From assembly GCA_963575745.1 (NCBI GenBank), contig CAUYUJ010000232.1, positions 1 to 64,000 of the forward strand: a DNA stretch of 64,000 bases. Direction: 5' to 3'. Of this stretch, positions 54,361 to 64,000 are shown in pieces. The position numbers and the translations under genes were made by a program. The first letter of the stretch is position 1. Each line of letters opens with the position of its first letter. Origin of the DNA: Prorocentrum cordatum. Its lineage: Eukaryota. The notes below the pieces were generated by a model that searched no databases, was not told the DNA's origin, and was given only the letters and a program-made list of their open reading frames with translations.

Positions 54361-55249
54361 GCATACAGGCAGACAGACGCGCGCGCGCGAACGATCGCAC
54401 GACATAGTTATACGTGTGCGCATATTCTCACACCTGCTCGCGCACGCACGGATGTTTGCACAAGTGTACCTCCTTGTTCTTGGGAGCACGCACACATTGA
54501 AGAACCCGATCACGTGTACAGCCGAGTTTCATCGATGCATTTCCACGTCCTTTTTGCTTTTCGAGCTTCGCTGATTCTTTTCCCCCTCCGCGACTTCCTG
54601 TGCTCGGAATCAGGACTAGGTGTTGTACGGCAGGTTCGGGCCGCGTTGATTCGGCGGTTGATTGCCGTCAGTGATCTGCACTATCAGAAAACCGCGATCG
54701 TGCAAGGCTAAATATCCAGGTGGTGCCAGAAAGCAAAGCCCACGTCGTCGCGATGTGAGCCTGCCGTGCAGCTGCTGGGCTCCAGTGCTCATCCTCGCAC
54801 AGTCTTCCGCCGAGGTCGTTGCCAACCAGTTCGGCTCTGTGGTGAACAACAGCGGCGTTGCAAGGTGGCCAGCGCACGCTCCGCGGGTCGTCTGTCCCCG
54901 AGCTGTGACTGCACCTGATGGGTTTCCGTCCCCTCCCCTATCACCTACCCCGCCCGCATTTGCCCCCCTTGTCCCCGTTCTCTCCCCGTTCCCCCTTCTT
55001 CATTTATACACTATGAATTTCCTCTCTCTTCTGACCCTGTCTGGAGAGTGTCCCGTCCTCTCCGCGTATTGTTTTCACACCGGATTTCATTATTTGTTTT
55101 TTCCCATAATCCTAAGATGGGGTTCTTGTTATTCCCATATCCTAAGATGGGGTTCTTGTTATTACTCTGACCTCGCCGGACCCTTCTCACCCCTCCCCTC
55201 CCTCCTCCCTCTCTTCACCATGGTATGGTGAGAGTACGATGTGAGTATG

Positions 55250-59720
<4,471 letters not shown>

Positions 59721-60422
59721 ATTTTTTTTTCAATCCGGTCATTTCCAGTTCTTCTGAAATTGTGCTCCCGCTGCAGCGCCGCCCTCATTTCCGCGCGTCG
59801 GTCATTCAAAATCCTGCTCCCGCTGCAACGATGGCCTCGTTCCGGCGCCGCCGCTGGTTGTTCCAAATCGTGTTCCCGCAACAGCATTGGCGAGTTCGGA
59901 CCTTCCAAGTAGCGCTGTCGCTGTAGCGCTGGCCTCGTTCCAGTGCTTCGGTCCTTCCAAATCGTGCTCCCTCTGCAGCGGTGGCATCATTCCCGTTTTC
60001 GGTCCTGACCTCGTTCCCGCGCGCCAGTGCTTTTAAATTGTGCTCCCGCCTCAGCGCTGGTCTCATTTCCGTAGGTCCTGTCCTCCGCCGGTCCCATGCC
60101 GCGGCATGCAAATCGATGCTGTGTTGTGCTTCGCTGTGCGATGCCATGCGTTGCGTTGCTCTGCTTTGTGATGCAATGCTTCACAACGCAATGCCACGCC
60201 ATTGCTTTGCTCTGCCGTGCTCTTCTACGCTATGCTTTTACATCCATTGGGACCCGACTGTGCGAATAGATAGGATATATACGCCATGGTAAGGGATGGG
60301 AGGGAGGGGTAGGACGTCAGATGTGACATCAGCGCACCTGGCTTGAATCATCACCCCTCCCCCCATCCCCCGTCTTGCCCTCCTCCTCCTCGTCCATCCT
60401 CCTGACCCTCCCCCCTTCCCTT

Positions 60423-61040
60423 CTTGCTAAGGCCTTACGGCCGGTGCCGCCGATCCTGAAGACGGCGACGACCAGGACGACGAGGTTGTTGAGCACCTCT
60501 TGGATCCGTCTGGGTGCCTCTTGGGGCCCTCTTGGGGCGCTCTTGGGAGCCCCTGAGGGGGCGCTCTTGGGGCCATCTTGTAGGAGATCAGTAGAAAAAG
60601 GGGGTTCCTTAATCCAGGCGCCCCAAAGATCGCCTCTTGGGGCGCTCTTGGAGCACTGTTGGAGCGTTCTTGGGCGCTCTTGGGCTCGAACAAGGAGGGC
60701 CGAGGACAGGGGACGAACGGCGACAGAAATGGCACTCTGACCCGGGACCCCCCCCCCCGGGTCTCCCCTGGGACCCCCTTCCAGGACCCCCCCTCTGGCG
60801 GGGAAAGGATCAAGGGAAGGGGCTTCCCTTCGAATGAATTGCGACGTTCGTTGCTGTTGTTTGGGCCAGCACGCTTGAAGAGAAAGGCCCAGGGTAAGAG
60901 AGGCAACGGCTGGCGCGTTGGAGAAGGAGACCCAGGAGAAAGTTTGGAATGCCGAGGGCGACGACGACGACGAGGAGACGACGAAAGAAACAGCGACGAA
61001 TGAACAAGCCTCTTCCACCTGCCGACAGGATCGGCAGACT
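60423..61040 (-). mobile_element. Non-autonomous Helentron-like element D (related to element C)
   Basis: Stem-loop ggcc-ttac-ggcc (60431-60442). ccgccgatcctg (60447-60458) is inverted to caggatcggcag (61026-61037, 11/12) within a hairpin. Shares ggatcaa(a)gggaaggggcttcccttcga with the element C array. Confidence 0.62.
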
Positions 61041-61270
61041 TTATCTTGTAGCGGCGTTCCCGGTTGGGCGCGGCGCATGTTCCGATCGCCGAATCACATG
61101 AATGCGGCAGCGGTAGCGGGGCGAGAGCGGGCGACCTGCCGTTTTCGCCCGTACGCCGCGCAGTTGGTGCGTGGAGGTGGCAGTGCCTCTTCGGCGTGGC
61201 ACATGATGCGCTTCGTCTTCGTCGCAGTACATTCGCCCGAGAGCGCGGGATCCTGTGCTCGCGCCGCGCA

Positions 61271-61272
<2 letters not shown>

Positions 61273-61353
<81 letters not shown>

Positions 61354-61390
61354 TTTTTTTTTTGTTTTGTTCTTTTGTTTTTGTTCTTCT
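61273..61390. repeat. 80-nt poly(T) with a T-rich extension
   Basis: Uninterrupted T from 61273 to 61352. Confidence 0.95.
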
Positions 61391-61560
61391 TCCACATAGC
61401 TGTTTTAAGTTCGGCTCCCGCCCGCGCGCGGCCAGCGTTGCTCTCCCCTCGCCACGTCGGGTCGGCGGAGGCGGGACCGCGCGCGAGCGCCTTCCGTCTG
61501 CGAGGTGGGAGCGAGTTCCAGTCCCAATAGCACGTCGTGCCACCATCGAGTCTTATGTTT

Positions 61561-61724
61561 CAGGAGGGAACAAAAACACACAGACACAATTAATCGTCGA
61601 TCCCCAGGAACATATGGGAAAATATGGGCAGTGGGGGGGAAGACGAGAACCCAGAAAATATGGGAAAATAGGAGGAATCCCGTGATTAGTGTGTATTTAT
61701 TTGTGTGTCCCAGGGCCCCTTCAA
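61561..61724. repeat. Dispersed ~165-bp repeat, copy 2
   Basis: Similar to 15364-15530. Confidence 0.8.
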
Positions 61725-64000
61725 TGTTTTAAGGGCAGAATGGTGGGAATGGGCGGGGCCTCCTGACTGCTGACCCGTTCGACCTGGCCAATTGGGCTCC
61801 CACTTCTGCTCCTCCTGCTCCTCCTGCTCATGCTTCGTGGCTGCCACTCCTTCTGCCGCTGCTCCTCCACCTCCTCCTCCTCTCCCTCCCACTTTCGCTG
61901 CCAGGTGGTTCCCCGGCATCATCGCCAGCCTTCAGGGGCTGTTCAACGTGGGCCGCCGCCTCGGACGGGCGGGAAGCACAGGGGCCTTGGGTGACCAGCC
62001 CCGAACCTGGGCGAGCCCAGGGGCAGAGATGCCCGAAGCACAGCAGACACCGCACATCTGAACGGTTCACCTCTCAGGCAGGGGTTGAACAGAACATTTC
62101 GAGCAGCTTCGGCCTCTGAGAACCGCTCCACTCCGGAGTGCCTTCCATGCAACTTTCTCCTTCTCAGGGTGAAACACTCCTGAGGGAGGTTCTCAGAGGC
62201 GCGAATTTTCCCACCATTTCTATCTGCCACACTCCCCTATCCCAACTCAGCGCTTCTTAATGAGTACCAGGGGGCGCCACCCGCGCCGACCGTAATCCAG
62301 GTCTCAGCCCAAGAGGAGCAGGCGTTAGACGAGGAGGATGAGGAGGAGGAGGAGGAGCAGCTTGACGAAGAGGCGGAGGAAGGGGAGGAGGAGGAGGAGC
62401 AGGAGGAGGAGGAGGAGGAGGAGGAGGAGGAGGAGGAGGAGGAGGAGGAGGAGGTTTGCGAGGGGTGTGTGTGGATGGATGGTCGGATGGAAGGCCAGAG
62501 GACGGAGTGATGTGCAAACCCCTTTGGCCTGGTTGTCACCCGGGCCCTGCATCGAAGAGCGTGAGGGCGCGGAGCCCGCGCTCTCGCGCACCTGCCTCCT
62601 CCTCCTCCTCCTCCTCACGAGGGATTCGCACGAGAGTGCGGCGAGTTGAGACAAGCCCTGGTCTTCGAGGGCGAAGGCCGCGACGCAGGCGCGCGCGTCT
62701 GCGGGGAGGGCCTGACGCAAGATGCGAAGTGCCTGGGCACCCCACGTGGGCGCGAAGACCGCAGCGCGCTTCGCGCCTTGCCATTTGGGCCCGAGTGGTT
62801 CGGGAGGAGGGAGGGAGCCCGCGGGTCTGAGGGGCGCTGAGGCCATTCGTACGTGATGCGGAAGCTGCTGCTGCTGATGTGCCCGTTCATCAAGCGCCCT
62901 GGGCGCTCTCTTCAATCGTACCTCCCGCCGATCCGTCGCCGCCTCGGCCTCATGCTCTTCCTCTCGCTCCTCCTGCAATTTCTCCTCCGCCTCCCCCGCC
63001 CCCTCCCACTTCTCGTGCCAGTCGTGCTCCTCCGCTTCATCCGCCGCCTCCGCCTCCTCCTCTTTCCCCTGGCAGTTTCAGTCGCTCATATCTCCCGCGA
63101 CACGATAACTTGCATAATCCAGAGGCCACGGCCTCGTCCTCCTGCTCTCAGCCAGGTCCGGTCCCCTGCCCTCGAAGAAGAGCAAAACCTCCCGAACAGC
63201 AACTTTCGGAGGTCCGCGCGGACTTCTCGCATCGGCGCTGGACCCCCCTGGCGGCGCCTCCAGCGCCGCCACTGGCGCGCTCCGCGCGACAGGGCGAGGG
63301 GTCCGGCGCGGCTCCGAGGAAACCGCGCTCGAAAGTTTATGTCTGTGCCGTTTTTTGTATCTCCATGCCCGCAGAGGTGGCCGCTCGCCCGCACCGCGCC
63401 CCCCGACCCCCTGCCTGGCCGGACGAAAGGGCGGGATAGGGAAGGGGGGGGTATAAAACGACGCGAAGATCGGGACAAATCGGATCGGGATAAATCGAAA
63501 TCTCTGAGAATCGGCGGGTTTGGAGGATGTATTGGGCGCCGCGGCCGCTCCAGAGCGTTCCGGAACGCTCTGAGAGCGCTCCGGAACGCTCCAGAGCGAT
63601 TTATCCCGATCCTAGCCCTGTTTTAGGGTACGAAACCTGCAGCATGCAGCCAATTTCCGCCCCGCCGCCTCGCCCATTCCTCGACACATGGGCGCCAGGA
63701 GGCGCCAGGAAAACACAAGCTGCGTGAGCTGATTCTCTACAGTCGGCCCGGATTCGTAGGTCGACCCTGCCAGCTCAAGGGTACCCCTGTGTCCTGTGCC
63801 TCGCGACACGTGCCTTCTTACACTCCTATGGCGATGCGGCCCTCGGAAGGGTCTTGTGTCCTCTCGCGTGTCCTGTCCAATCGAGTCTGACTGTACTGAG
63901 TTTCCACTCTACTAGGGGTGGATCAGAAGGCCTGCCTCGGTCGGGTCCTTCCGCGGTTCTTTCCTCTAGCGCTCCTCGGGCACCGAGTCGCTCCCGTGGT

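Noticed and set aside
62325..62978. Minus-strand 217-aa ORF as a host gene
   Set aside because: No recognisable domain or supported splice structure, and it ends in a microsatellite.

Overview
Repeat-dominated eukaryotic DNA, almost certainly from a dinoflagellate. An exact 22-nt dinoflagellate spliced leader (DinoSL) is present, and the GC-rich, microsatellite-laden context suggests a Prorocentrum-like genome (inference). No complete host gene is evident. Four retroelements are present. (1) The 3' part of a Ty1/copia pol (integrase-RT-RNase H) with a single frameshift, 1-3913. (2) A decayed DIRS/PAT-like element carrying a tyrosine recombinase and a C5 cytosine-methyltransferase remnant, with split direct repeats, ~4.7-7.3 kb. 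(3) A 5'-truncated RNase H-type LINE fragment at 29.7-30.9 kb. (4) An apparently full-length ~6.3-kb minus-strand LINE (ORF1 plus APE-RT-RNase H, 44869-51137) whose 5' end is a complete DinoSL followed by a 15-nt relict SL, inserted in a GGA tract. There are also at least six short non-coding elements with asymmetric 9-16 bp inverted ends and terminal stem-loops (Helentron/Helitron2-like), one inserted in the T-run of a 160-bp satellite and filled with a tandem array. The rest is satellites and long trinucleotide tracts, which account for most ORF-track entries. Protein calls are from motif recognition by eye, not database searches.
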